Source of the DNA: a virus | Virus record (IMG/VR): IMGVR_UViG_3300028027_000002 | Coordinates: 47,871-111,870 of that record | Direction: 5' to 3' (one strand) | DNA: 64,000 nucleotides | Part shown: one piece after another, positions 37,460-46,568 of the stretch | How the letters are laid out: every line of letters starts with the position of its first letter | Position numbering within the stretch: position 1 is the first letter of the stretch | Position numbers and translations under genes: made by a program | Notes under the pieces: model-generated | Database searches by the model: none | Told to the model about the DNA's origin: nothing | Seen by the model: the letters and a program-made list of their open reading frames with translations, nothing else

Positions 37460-38302
37460 GTGCTAAAGTTTCACTACATGTTTAGAGGAAATCCCTTAGA
37501 CGCTAAAGGTTTGAGGGATCTTTCTTTTCAATTAGAGTCTTTTGGGTATGAATCGGTTCTATTGACATTTCATTCAGACTCTCCAGACTATCTTGTAAAA
37601 AGTGCTGCTGCACTTGTTCCAGGACAAAAGTTAAAATATATGATTGCTCTAAGGCCATACCATATAAGCCCACAATATTGTGCCATGGTAACAGAGGCCT
37701 TTAATCAAATAGAGCCCGATAGGTTAATTTTTAACTGGATCGCTGGAGATGAAAAAAGTACCTCTGGAGAAAAACCACAGATGGATGTCTATGGAGACAC
37801 AGAAGCATTAGATAGTATAGTAAAAAGAACAACATTTTTAAGGAATTTTATTAAACAATATAATGAAATGCCAGTGATAAGTAAAAAACCAGAAATGGTA
37901 TTTAGTGGTTTTTCAGAGTATACAGTAGAGACTGCTAGAATGTTTTCTGAAACTTCTTTATCAGTTATTGATGATTACAAAAATAATATGGACAGGTTTA
38001 AAGGAATAAAAAAAATAATGGTTATGGCTACACCTGTTATACTAGAAACAGAAAAAGAAGTTGAAGATTACAAAGAGTACCTATTTAAACAAAGTTCTAG
38101 ATTTCTAGATATGTCAACAATTGGTACAAGAGATAGCGTAAAAAAACAACTTCTTGAACTTGAAGAGTATGGAGTATCAGATGTTCTGATCAACACTCAC
38201 AGGTGGGACTTGTTTGGAAAAGATAGCCCGTTAAAAGAAAAAGATAATATTTTAATTAATGATTTAATTAAAGAAATAAATGAAGAGATGGGAAAAAAAT
38301 GA
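37460..38302 (+). CDS. Luciferase-like (LLM-class, SsuD-like) monooxygenase, copy 1
   Basis: ESFGYESVLL...LKYMIALRPYHISPQY...DRLIFNWIAG resembles the SsuD LKFLVALRP...GRALFNLVTG segment. Confidence 0.75.
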   Translation: MLKFHYMFRGNPLDAKGLRDLSFQLESFGYESVLLTFHSDSPDYLVKSAAALVPGQKLKYMIALRPYHISPQYCAMVTEAFNQIEPDRLIFNWIAGDEKSTSGEKPQMDVYGDTEALDSIVKRTTFLRNFIKQYNEMPVISKKPEMVFSGFSEYTVETARMFSETSLSVIDDYKNNMDRFKGIKKIMVMATPVILETEKEVEDYKEYLFKQSSRFLDMSTIGTRDSVKKQLLELEEYGVSDVLINTHRWDLFGKDSPLKEKDNILINDLIKEINEEMGKK

Positions 38303-39057
38303 TTATTCAGATTATAGGTCTGCCAGGTGCAGGCAAGACAGAGTTAGCCAAGGCACTCAAAGAAAGAATTAACGCTATTCATCTTAATGCAGATGAGGTT
38401 CGTGCAACAGTAAACTCAGACCTAGGCTTTAGCCCTGAAGACAGAATTGAGCAGGCACGGCGCATGGGAGATATGGCTCGCCTTATCTCTAAGCAAGGTG
38501 TTGCTCCAGTAATTGTTGACTTTGTATGCCCAACAGACTTGACTCGTGCAGCATTTGGCAAGCCAGATATTTTAGTTTGGGTAGACAGAATTGAGTCTGG
38601 AAGATTTGAAGATACAAACAAGATGTGGGAAGATCCAGAGTCCTGCGATGTCCGAATCCCTTGTGGTATGACAGTAGAAGAAGAGGCTGATTTAATCATT
38701 GCTGCTTGCCAGTTACACGATTGGACAGCCCCTACAACCCTTATGCTGGGCAGATATCAGCCATGGCATGAAGGACACCACGCCCTTTACAAAGAGGCAG
38801 GTAAGAGAACAGAGCAGGTTTTGCTGGGAGTTCGTAATACCTATAATACCAGTGAGAAAGATCCACTTAAGTTTGATCAGGTAAAAGAATATATTGCCAA
38901 GGACGACTTTATGGATGGTGCATTAGTACTAAGACTACCTAACATTACTAACATCGTATACGGTAGAGATGTAGGATACAAGATTGAACAAGTAGATTTG
39001 GGGGCAGACATTCATGCTATTTCGGCTACTGAAAAACGCAAGCAGTTGGGTCTTTAA
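38299..39057 (+). CDS. cysC: Adenylylsulfate kinase fused to HxGH nucleotidyltransferase domain
   Basis: GLPGAGKT, LNADEVR, DLGFSPEDRIEQARR; second domain GRYQPWHEGH...ISATEKR. Confidence 0.82.
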   Translation: MIIQIIGLPGAGKTELAKALKERINAIHLNADEVRATVNSDLGFSPEDRIEQARRMGDMARLISKQGVAPVIVDFVCPTDLTRAAFGKPDILVWVDRIESGRFEDTNKMWEDPESCDVRIPCGMTVEEEADLIIAACQLHDWTAPTTLMLGRYQPWHEGHHALYKEAGKRTEQVLLGVRNTYNTSEKDPLKFDQVKEYIAKDDFMDGALVLRLPNITNIVYGRDVGYKIEQVDLGADIHAISATEKRKQLGL

Positions 39058-39122
39058 TTATTTAGAAGAGTCTGGTCGCTTAATGAACGAAGCAGAAGAG
39101 CGAATAATGTTTGGAGACAAAG

Positions 39123-39326
39123 ATGAGCGTAAAGAAAAGTAGATCACTTGTTAAGTCTTTAACATGGAGAGTTGTCGCAATGGTTTCAGGGTTTGTAACT
39201 CTTTATGCTTTGAGCGAAGATATTAGTCTGGCTACTATTGCTACACTAATAACCAATGGGGTTAACTTTGTGGCATACTATTATCATGAAAGAATTTGGA
39301 ATGCTGTTGGGTGGGGCAAAGAATGA
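39123..39326 (+). CDS. DUF2061 membrane protein
   Basis: RSLVKSLTWR...YYYHERIW. Confidence 0.82.
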   Translation: MSVKKSRSLVKSLTWRVVAMVSGFVTLYALSEDISLATIATLITNGVNFVAYYYHERIWNAVGWGKE

Positions 39327-39526
39327 AAGTAACCAAAACAAGATCATTTGTTAAGGCATTAAGTTATCGCATATGGGGAACACTTTCCTCTGTTGCTGTT
39401 GCCTATGTCATAACAAGAAATACTGCTCTTTCTGTAACGATTGCGTTTTGGGAAACGGTAGTTAAAATATTCATCTACTACGCACATGAGCGTGGATGGA
39501 ACTATATACAATGGGGGAGAAAGTAA
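39323..39526 (+). CDS. DUF2061 membrane protein
   Basis: RSFVKALSYR...YYAHERGW. Confidence 0.82.
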   Translation: MKVTKTRSFVKALSYRIWGTLSSVAVAYVITRNTALSVTIAFWETVVKIFIYYAHERGWNYIQWGRK

Positions 39527-39933
39527 TGTTTGAATATTATGTAAAGAAAGTAACAAAGGTCGTTGATGGAGATACCATCGATGTCGATATTGATTTAGGG
39601 TTTGACATTTCTTTTAGTTCTAGAGTGAGACTGGCTGGTATCGACACGCCTGAGTCTCGCACAGCAGACAAGGCTGAAAAGGCTTTAGGACTGGAAGCAA
39701 AGGCTTATTTGAAGGCTGCTATTGACAGTGCTAAGTCTGTAGTCATCAAGACAGAGAAGATGGACTCTTCGGAGAAGTATGGTCGTATTCTTGGCTGGGT
39801 ATACCTTGATGGAGATACAGAGTCTATCAATGACAAGATGATTAATGATGGTCATGCTTGGGGCTATATGGGGGAAACAAAGATCAAAGATTTTCAAGCA
39901 CTTGCAAAGGCTAGAAAGATTTCTGGAAAGTGA
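39526..39933 (+). CDS. Thermonuclease (SNase-like)
   Basis: VVDGDTI, VRLAGIDTPE, KYGRILG. Confidence 0.9.
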   Translation: MFEYYVKKVTKVVDGDTIDVDIDLGFDISFSSRVRLAGIDTPESRTADKAEKALGLEAKAYLKAAIDSAKSVVIKTEKMDSSEKYGRILGWVYLDGDTESINDKMINDGHAWGYMGETKIKDFQALAKARKISGK

Positions 39934-40556
39934 TCACAAAAAATATTTTAGAAAAAAATGTATACTATTATGAAAATGTTATACAAGATCCTTTAAAGTT
40001 GGTTGAGGATATAGAAAAAATAGATCACCTATTAACAGATAAAACTGGAATTTCTAAATGGTTCAAGTGGGCAGCATATCAGTCTACATATGTATTTGGA
40101 AAACAAAAGATGATAAGAGAACATCTTTTTGATAAAAATCATGAAGCATATAGCCAATGTAGGGACATAGAAAAGCAAATAACTGATGCAATACTCTATG
40201 CATCAAAAGACTATGAGTCTTTTCATACTGGACTTAGTATTGGTTTGCTATGTCCAATATCAATAAGCAAATATTCTGTTGGAGGTGAGATGGGCAAACA
40301 TACAGACACCTATGATGACGATAAGTCAAGAACTATCTCTGTTGTTCTTTATTTAAATGACGACTACACTGGTGGTGAGATTGAATTTGAAGATCAAGGT
40401 ATTTTTATAAAGCCAACTGCTGGAAGCATTATGGTGTTCCCATCAAGGAAGCCTTACTTCCATGCTTCAAAGCCAGTTCTCTCAGGAGAAAAGTATATTG
40501 TTCCAGGGTTCTGGGAAAATAGAGTTGAGTTTCAGACTGGATGGCAAAATGGATGA
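39930..40556 (+). CDS. 2OG-Fe(II) oxygenase
   Basis: HTD...YLNDDYTGGEIEF...FH...GEKY. Confidence 0.88.
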   Translation: MITKNILEKNVYYYENVIQDPLKLVEDIEKIDHLLTDKTGISKWFKWAAYQSTYVFGKQKMIREHLFDKNHEAYSQCRDIEKQITDAILYASKDYESFHTGLSIGLLCPISISKYSVGGEMGKHTDTYDDDKSRTISVVLYLNDDYTGGEIEFEDQGIFIKPTAGSIMVFPSRKPYFHASKPVLSGEKYIVPGFWENRVEFQTGWQNG

Positions 40557-40878
40557 GTTTGATGAAATAGACAGGCTTATCCTTAACGGATGTTTGGAGG
40601 TTGCAGGGATAGATATTGAAACTGGGGAACCATTGTACAACTTTACAGAAAAATTAATTGAAGTAAATCCACAACTTCACGAAGAAATATCAAGATATTT
40701 TTCTAACGAAGCAATGTCGTTGTGGAGTGAAGGATTTTTAGACATGGATGTGACAGAAAAAAATCCAATGGTAAGCCTTACACCAAAGGCATTGAATGAA
40801 GAAGAGGTTGCAAAACTAACTAAAGATAAACAGTACACGCTAAAAGAGATCATGCGTGTTATTGGTTTAGATAGGTAG
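40549..40878 (+). CDS. Hypothetical protein
   Basis: ORF coupled to upstream gene. Confidence 0.55.
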   Translation: MDEFDEIDRLILNGCLEVAGIDIETGEPLYNFTEKLIEVNPQLHEEISRYFSNEAMSLWSEGFLDMDVTEKNPMVSLTPKALNEEEVAKLTKDKQYTLKEIMRVIGLDR

Positions 40879-40899
40879 TATAATTGTTGTGGAGGAACT

Positions 40900-41319
40900 A
40901 TGGAATATTTTCTTGGATCTGCAATAACTATGATAGCCATGTTCGTAACAACACGGCTAATTTCTTCCCAAAAAACAAACATTAAAAAGAATGATTTTGT
41001 ATATAGACAAAGCCATATACATGAAATCATTTCTCCATTAATACCATACATGATGCCACATAAAAAAGAAATAGTTAGACAGTCCAGCAACCATGAAGAA
41101 AAAACAAACATAAAGGTTGTTATTTTTGACAACAAGGCCTATTTTGTTAAGGATGGTACATTTTATTGTGCAGAAATGCACGGTACAGATATAGATGGGG
41201 CCAACGCAACCCTAGTTGACACGATGGCTATGGATAAGGTACAATTAGATAAGATGCTGTTTATAATGGATCAACTTAGAGATGGGAAGAAAAATGATAG
41301 TGGGGATTCAAGGAACTAG
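40900..41319 (+). CDS. Hypothetical protein with N-terminal TM helix
   Basis: GGAGG RBS; hydrophobic N-terminus. Confidence 0.55.
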   Translation: MEYFLGSAITMIAMFVTTRLISSQKTNIKKNDFVYRQSHIHEIISPLIPYMMPHKKEIVRQSSNHEEKTNIKVVIFDNKAYFVKDGTFYCAEMHGTDIDGANATLVDTMAMDKVQLDKMLFIMDQLRDGKKNDSGDSRN

Positions 41320-41644
41320 TAGTTTTGATGACTACCAGGTTTTTCTTAGAGCCATGGCCGTTACGATGTCTTCTTTAAAAGAAGGTGATCCGTACTTCTA
41401 TCTCTATTCTGCAGGACCAGCCAATATTAACTTAATGGCTATGGAGTTTGCTAATCTGTCAGAGAGAGGTCTTAAGGCTCGTGGTAAAAGTATTAAGTAT
41501 AAGGCTGTGCCACCTTCGTGGATTACAGAAAATATTTTAGATATAAACTACTTTGCTTTTTTAAGTAAGGAAAGAGAACAGGTGTCAAAACTTGTTGACG
41601 ATGCAAAAACAAATAATGTCGAATACGGCATTTTTAGGTACTAG
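41294..41644 (+). CDS. YspA/SLOG-like hypothetical protein
   Basis: MIVGIQGTSSFDDY start resembles the SLOG/DUF2493 N-terminus. Confidence 0.4.
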   Translation: MIVGIQGTSSFDDYQVFLRAMAVTMSSLKEGDPYFYLYSAGPANINLMAMEFANLSERGLKARGKSIKYKAVPPSWITENILDINYFAFLSKEREQVSKLVDDAKTNNVEYGIFRY

Positions 41645-41653
41645 GAGATCATA

Positions 41654-41863
41654 ATGGAAATCAAGTCATTAGAACAAATGGAAACAATTGTTAAGAATAA
41701 CAAGGGTTTGGTATGGGATGGGTGGACAGTAGTTAATTCTTATCCTTCTGAGAAGGGTAGAACAGCCCCACAAGGGGCATTCGTGGATGGTAAATGGCAT
41801 CTGCAGCGTCGCTTTGTACCTTCTAAGAATGGATGGGATATACCAGACAAGTTTGTGAGTTAA
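41654..41863 (+). CDS. Hypothetical protein
   Basis: AGGAG RBS; WDGW motif. Confidence 0.55.
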   Translation: MEIKSLEQMETIVKNNKGLVWDGWTVVNSYPSEKGRTAPQGAFVDGKWHLQRRFVPSKNGWDIPDKFVS

Positions 41864-41864
41864 T

Positions 41865-42149
41865 ATGCCAAAGCACGAATGGAAAGATGATGCTTTGTGT
41901 TTAGATTACGACACAAATATATTCTTTGAAAAGTATGAAGATGATGAACTTCTAAGACCTGCAGTAGACAAACTTTGTTCTATGTGTCCAGTGTCTAAGA
42001 TGTGTTTTGCTGTTGGTGTTTCACAAAAAGAGTGGGGTATCTGGGGTGGAGTTTATCTCGAAGGTGGACAAATATCTAAAGAGTTTTCAAAACATAAGTC
42101 TAAAACAGACTGGGCAAATACTTGGCAAAGACTAACAACGGAGCAATAA
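41865..42149 (+). CDS. whiB: WhiB-family Fe-S transcription regulator
   Basis: W...ALC...FF...C..CPV...C...GIWGG. Confidence 0.92.
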   Translation: MPKHEWKDDALCLDYDTNIFFEKYEDDELLRPAVDKLCSMCPVSKMCFAVGVSQKEWGIWGGVYLEGGQISKEFSKHKSKTDWANTWQRLTTEQ

Positions 42150-42150
42150 T

Positions 42151-42387
42151 ATGTATACAGATTCAATGAGACGAGCCTTTCGATCACTTAGGGGACCAAA
42201 AGGATTTGAACTTCAAATAGTTGATAATGACAACTTCTTGACTGTAAAAGCAAGTGAGAAGCAGTTTATGAGTCTTTCTGGAGAAGAAAGAAAACAGGCT
42301 GTAGAGTATATGGTTCGTGCAAAAAAAGCACTTGAGGATAATGGTGCGATTGTTTTGTTGGTTAGAGAGGGTGGGGAAGAATTGTGA
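42151..42387 (+). CDS. Hypothetical protein
   Basis: ORF in operon. Confidence 0.55.
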   Translation: MYTDSMRRAFRSLRGPKGFELQIVDNDNFLTVKASEKQFMSLSGEERKQAVEYMVRAKKALEDNGAIVLLVREGGEEL

Positions 42388-42809
42388 TAGAGTTAATTTC
42401 ATTTTCTATTTTTATTATTTTGTTCTTTATGTTAATTTTTAACAATGTTAGATTAAACATAAAGTTGTCTGAACTTAGGCTTGAAGTTATAAAGGCTTAC
42501 CTAGAAAAAACAATCGTATCTGAAAAGTTAATAGAAATATCTGAAGAAAAAAATAAAAAAGACGACTATTCATCTGAAGCATTCTTAAAATTTATTTCAG
42601 ATTCTAGAGACTGGGCATATCAGTATATAGATGAAGTTCAAGAAGGAATAAATAAGTTTGTTACTGATATTGAGCCTGAAATATCATACTTTGATGAGTA
42701 TGGCGCAGTTGGTTCTGCGTATCCTCACTACCACTCTATGAAGAAAATTTCTGGGGCATATAAAGAACTAAAGAAACTGATACCAGAAGACTATGATAGA
42801 ATAGAGTAA
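42384..42809 (+). CDS. Membrane-anchored hypothetical protein
   Basis: N-terminal TM; FLKFISDSRDWAYQYI. Confidence 0.55.
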   Translation: MIELISFSIFIILFFMLIFNNVRLNIKLSELRLEVIKAYLEKTIVSEKLIEISEEKNKKDDYSSEAFLKFISDSRDWAYQYIDEVQEGINKFVTDIEPEISYFDEYGAVGSAYPHYHSMKKISGAYKELKKLIPEDYDRIE

Positions 42810-42954
42810 TGATCGTACTTAAATCAACTAAAAATCTTAACATGTTTATATGTGAAGAAGAGTTGTGCCAAGATGAAAGCACAAAAGTTTGGGCAAATTC
42901 TGAGAGCAGAATCGCAGACCTTTGCGATTTCCATTATTCTGAGGCAAGTAAGCC

Positions 42955-43749
42955 ATGAATTTTTTTTGGTTTGAAAGATCAAATTCTTATGATATAAAAG
43001 AAATATCTTTAGAGTTAGAAAAATCTGGTTTTTATGGGGTTCTTTTGGTGTACTCGTTTTATAGTGATGATCAATTTGTAAAAATAGCAAATGCAATAGA
43101 TGTAAATCAAAAAATAAAATATATGGTTGCCATAAGACCTCATGTTATATCTCCACAATATTTGTCTATGATAAACAATTCATTTCAAAAAATATCAAAA
43201 GACAGAATCATAATTAATTTTATAACTGGTTGGATATCGGAATATGACAAACAGGTGGGTGGAATTCAAGGTGAAGTAAATGACCTTTCTTCAAACCTAG
43301 AAAGATCTGAGAACTTGGTAGAATATTTAAAGGTTTTAAAAAATACCGCTGGAGAAACACCAAACTTTTATGTGTCTGTTACTAATCCTATTTTACTGGA
43401 AAAGGTTTCTGGCGATAAAGTTATTATTCCATACCAGTCATACAAGCAAAACAATTTTAGCACTAATGATTCAAGCAAAATAATGATCTATATTTCTCCA
43501 GTAATAAGAAAAACAAGAGAAGAACTTTTACCACTGATAGAAAAAAATACAAGAAGTGATGTTCAGCACTTTACCTTTGATGAGTTTGAAGCATTATTAA
43601 ACGAATTAAAAAATAAAAATATAAACAATATTTTAATGGACGAAGCAGAACCCAACGAATATATAGAAAAAAAGCACACGCTAAGTTTTGTTAGTTATTT
43701 TACTAACAAAGAAACAAATATCCTAGGAGGAAAAAATGACACACCATAA
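42955..43749 (+). CDS. Luciferase-like (LLM-class, SsuD-like) monooxygenase, copy 2
   Basis: EKSGFYGVLL...IKYMVAIRPHVISPQY...DRIIINFITG. Confidence 0.75.
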   Translation: MNFFWFERSNSYDIKEISLELEKSGFYGVLLVYSFYSDDQFVKIANAIDVNQKIKYMVAIRPHVISPQYLSMINNSFQKISKDRIIINFITGWISEYDKQVGGIQGEVNDLSSNLERSENLVEYLKVLKNTAGETPNFYVSVTNPILLEKVSGDKVIIPYQSYKQNNFSTNDSSKIMIYISPVIRKTREELLPLIEKNTRSDVQHFTFDEFEALLNELKNKNINNILMDEAEPNEYIEKKHTLSFVSYFTNKETNILGGKNDTP

Positions 43750-44053
43750 CGAAACAAACTCACAGATCAAGGCAGCACTTGCATCATACGGACGCTCAGT
43801 CCTTGGTGCAGCAACAGCGATGTATGCATCTGGAGTTACAGATCCGCAGACACTAGCATACTCACTACTTGGAGCACTTGTGCCCGTAGTATTAAGAGCA
43901 GCCAACCCTAATGACAAGGCATTTGGAAAGATGCCTTCAGTAGATGAGGTAGACGCAGCAGTTAAGTCTGCAAAGGTAGTAAAGAAGACCGCTAAGAAGG
44001 CTCCTGCAAAGAAGTCATCAGGCGGAGGCAAGACAACCAATCAAGTAAAATAA
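43736..44053 (+). CDS. Holin-like membrane protein with Lys/Ala tail
   Basis: ASYGRS...VPVVLRAANPNDKAFG, two hydrophobic helices; AGGAGG RBS. Confidence 0.55.
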   Translation: MTHHNETNSQIKAALASYGRSVLGAATAMYASGVTDPQTLAYSLLGALVPVVLRAANPNDKAFGKMPSVDEVDAAVKSAKVVKKTAKKAPAKKSSGGGKTTNQVK

Positions 44054-44070
44054 TATAGTATAATTTATAC

Positions 44071-44190
44071 TATTCCGATCTAAGACTTTAAAAGGTTTTA
44101 CAACGGATGCTCTTATGAGAAGAGAGTTAGCAGGAGTCGAACCTTCGTGGCTAATAGACCTGAGCAGTCGTCTATAAACTGCTCATTTCT
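44071..44190 (+). ncRNA. Candidate structured small RNA ending in pseudoknot copy 2 (44154-44185)
   Basis: TATAAT at 44059, no ORF, several hairpins, ATAGAC-C-TGAGCA-GTC-GTCTAT-AAAC-TGCTCA. Confidence 0.5.
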
Positions 44191-44234
44191 TATGCTATAA
44201 TATTAATACCTGCCCAAATGGGGGGTAAATTAAC

Positions 44235-44261
44235 TTATTCGCTTGAAAGGGGAATAACATG
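44235..44261 (+). promoter_or_regulatory. ROSE-like RNA thermometer hairpin over the hsp20 RBS
   Basis: TTATTCGCTT-GAA-AGGGGAATAA pairs UCGCU against the SD, 1 nt before ATG. Confidence 0.6.
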
Positions 44262-44663
44262 GTAAAAACAGCACTGGATCTTTTTAATGATCCATTTTTC
44301 AATACCTTCTCAAATTTTCAGAAGGTAACAACAACAACAAACTATCCACCTTATAACCAAATCAAACTAAATGATACAGAGTATATTCTTTCATTTGCCT
44401 TGGCTGGGTTCTCTAAGGATGATGTCTCAGTGTCGCTAGACAATCGCAAACTTACAATCAAGGGCGAGAAGCAGGATGCTGAGTTACCAGAGGGTGCGGA
44501 GTATCTACATAAGGGCATTGCTGCTCGTAAGTTTACTGATATCTTTACCCTTCCTGAGTTTGTTGAGGTAGTTGGGGCTGAGTTTAAGGATGGTATCTTA
44601 GATATCAGACTTGAAAAGCAGATCCCAGAAGACAAACTGCCAAAAACAATCGCAATTAAGTAG
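44259..44663 (+). CDS. Small heat shock protein (Hsp20/IbpA-like)
   Basis: NYPPYN, ALAGFS, YLHKGIAARKF, AEFKDGIL. Confidence 0.95.
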   Translation: MVKTALDLFNDPFFNTFSNFQKVTTTTNYPPYNQIKLNDTEYILSFALAGFSKDDVSVSLDNRKLTIKGEKQDAELPEGAEYLHKGIAARKFTDIFTLPEFVEVVGAEFKDGILDIRLEKQIPEDKLPKTIAIK

Positions 44664-44675
44664 TACAATATAAAT

Positions 44676-44760
44676 GTCCCCACACAGGACCTTAGTGATG
44701 GATTAGTTACCCATTGGATAGAGACCGTGGCGCAAGTCAGGTGAATTGCCTGTGTGGGGC
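44676..44760 (+). ncRNA. Candidate ~85-nt small RNA with 11-bp terminal stem
   Basis: TACAAT at 44664; CCCCACACAGG (44678-88) pairs CCTGTGTGGGG (44749-59); internal hairpins. Confidence 0.55.
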
Positions 44761-44787
44761 TTAATATTTGGCGGTATACTTAGATTA

Positions 44788-45057
44788 ATGACTGACAAAG
44801 AGTTAGACCATTATAATAAGCAGCAGTATAAAAAGATGCTTGCTAAAATAAAAGAAGATTCTGGCTGTGTAGATTGTGGTGTTGGTAACCATATAATTTT
44901 AGACTTTGATCACATAAGAGACAAAAAATATAACATATCTAGAATGATCCACGATGGGTTTTCATGGAAGGCTATTAAGAAAGAGATAGAAAAGTGTGAG
45001 GTGGTTTGTGCCAACTGCCACAGAATAAGAACACACAACAGACTTAATGAGCAGTAG
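44788..45057 (+). CDS. HNH endonuclease
   Basis: CVDCG...DFDH...CEVVCANCHRIRT. Confidence 0.85.
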   Translation: MTDKELDHYNKQQYKKMLAKIKEDSGCVDCGVGNHIILDFDHIRDKKYNISRMIHDGFSWKAIKKEIEKCEVVCANCHRIRTHNRLNEQ

Positions 45058-45071
45058 TATTTATTACTTAA

Positions 45072-45647
45072 CTATCTAGTCCACCAAGAAAGACTATATC
45101 GTGTTGTCTTCATAACCTCATTAACACCATGCTCATATTCTTTATTGCCTGGATGCATTACGAGAGACAAAGGCTTTGGCTTAATAGATAAACCCTTTTG
45201 AGGATAGAATATTTCTCCGCCTTCATAATCATCATTTAAATAAACAACAAACCCATGAGTTATTATTTTTTCTAATGGATTATATTGAGGATGATCTGGG
45301 TGAATTTCATCTGTGTGAACGCCAAGACCTGGACCTATTCTTCTAGAAACAGAGTTTATTGGTAGATAGTAGAACTCAGAAATCCCATACTCGCTAGAAA
45401 ATATAGGCTTTGATCTATCCTGAAGCATATACATAAAATCATTATATTCTTTATATTTTTCTTTTAGATTAATTGAGTCAATTCTTAGTTGATTGCCATA
45501 CCATTCTTTTAGACCAGATCCATCGTTGGACCCATCCCAAAGTTTTGGATCCTCTGTGGCCAGAGCAAGAACATAGTCTGCTTCAGCCTGTGTTAAAAAG
45601 TCTTCAACTACTACAATTTCGTTGTCAAAAGGTCTTATTATATTCAT
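45072..45647 (-). CDS. 2OG-Fe(II) oxygenase
   Basis: HTD...YLNDDYEGGEI...EHGV...RYS; leaderless start at 45647. Confidence 0.88.
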   Translation of the reverse strand: MNIIRPFDNEIVVVEDFLTQAEADYVLALATEDPKLWDGSNDGSGLKEWYGNQLRIDSINLKEKYKEYNDFMYMLQDRSKPIFSSEYGISEFYYLPINSVSRRIGPGLGVHTDEIHPDHPQYNPLEKIITHGFVVYLNDDYEGGEIFYPQKGLSIKPKPLSLVMHPGNKEYEHGVNEVMKTTRYSLSWWTR

Positions 45648-45689
45648 ACAACCATTATACACTATATAAGATTATGGTATACTGGATAT

Positions 45690-46568
45690 ATGTTAAAAGA
45701 AGGCGACTTTGTTATGGGATCAACCTCTGAGGGGGTTGTGCATGGTGTTATAGAGCACATTATGATAGAAGGCGGAGTATACGGAGTTCCTGGAACAGAG
45801 TATGCAATCCAGTCGATGCCACCAGATAACCCAGCAATGGCTGTTAGAATTTACGAACAAGAAGATGGTGAGTGGGAGCCAACAGCGTACAGTATTGGTA
45901 TGATGTATCAAGACGCTACAAAAGTAGAAATGGAAACAAACACAATGGATTCAGAAACAGAAATGGCTATGTTTGATGCACAAATAGGCAAGACAGATGA
46001 TTCAATGATGCCAACAAATACCTATCAAAGCAACAAGCAGGCACCGTGCTGGGATGGATATGTACAGCGTGGAATGAAGCCAGGAGCAGACGGAGGTCCA
46101 GTTCCTAACTGTGTTCCTGCTGCAAAAGCAGATGATCTATTTGAAGATGACGACACAGTTGAATACGATACAGACACAGTATCAAAGGCTGAAGGTTACT
46201 CTCCACCAGCAGGAGCAAGATCTGCTGCTCGTAGAGCAATTAAGTTTAAAGAAGATGGAAAGGCTAATGGTGCAGGAACTGCAGTTGGCTGGACTCGTGC
46301 AGGGCAGTTAGCAAGAGGAGAATCAATCTCTCTAAGTACTGTTAAGAGAATGTACTCATACTTCTCACGACATGAAGTAGACAAGAAGGGCAAGGACTGG
46401 GGTAACTCAGAAAACCCATCTAACGGATACATAATGTGGCTTGCATGGGGTGGAGACGCAGGCTATTCATGGTCAAGAGGAATTGCTAATCGTGAAAGAG
46501 ACAAGTCTCTGTTTGCTGATTTTGGTAAAGATTACACAAAAGTACAAACAGAAAGACACTCACTATAA
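45690..46568 (+). CDS. Multidomain phage protein
   Basis: CWDGYVQRGMK...VPNCVP module plus GWTRAGQLA...KRMYSYFSRH...WLAWGGDAG domain seen in phage head-associated proteins. Confidence 0.6.
   Translation: MLKEGDFVMGSTSEGVVHGVIEHIMIEGGVYGVPGTEYAIQSMPPDNPAMAVRIYEQEDGEWEPTAYSIGMMYQDATKVEMETNTMDSETEMAMFDAQIGKTDDSMMPTNTYQSNKQAPCWDGYVQRGMKPGADGGPVPNCVPAAKADDLFEDDDTVEYDTDTVSKAEGYSPPAGARSAARRAIKFKEDGKANGAGTAVGWTRAGQLARGESISLSTVKRMYSYFSRHEVDKKGKDWGNSENPSNGYIMWLAWGGDAGYSWSRGIANRERDKSLFADFGKDYTKVQTERHSL

Noticed and set aside
44676-44760. SRP (4.5S) RNA or tRNA identity for the hairpin RNA
   Set aside because: No SRP domain IV CAGG/GGAA/AGCA motif and no cloverleaf; kept only as an unknown sRNA candidate
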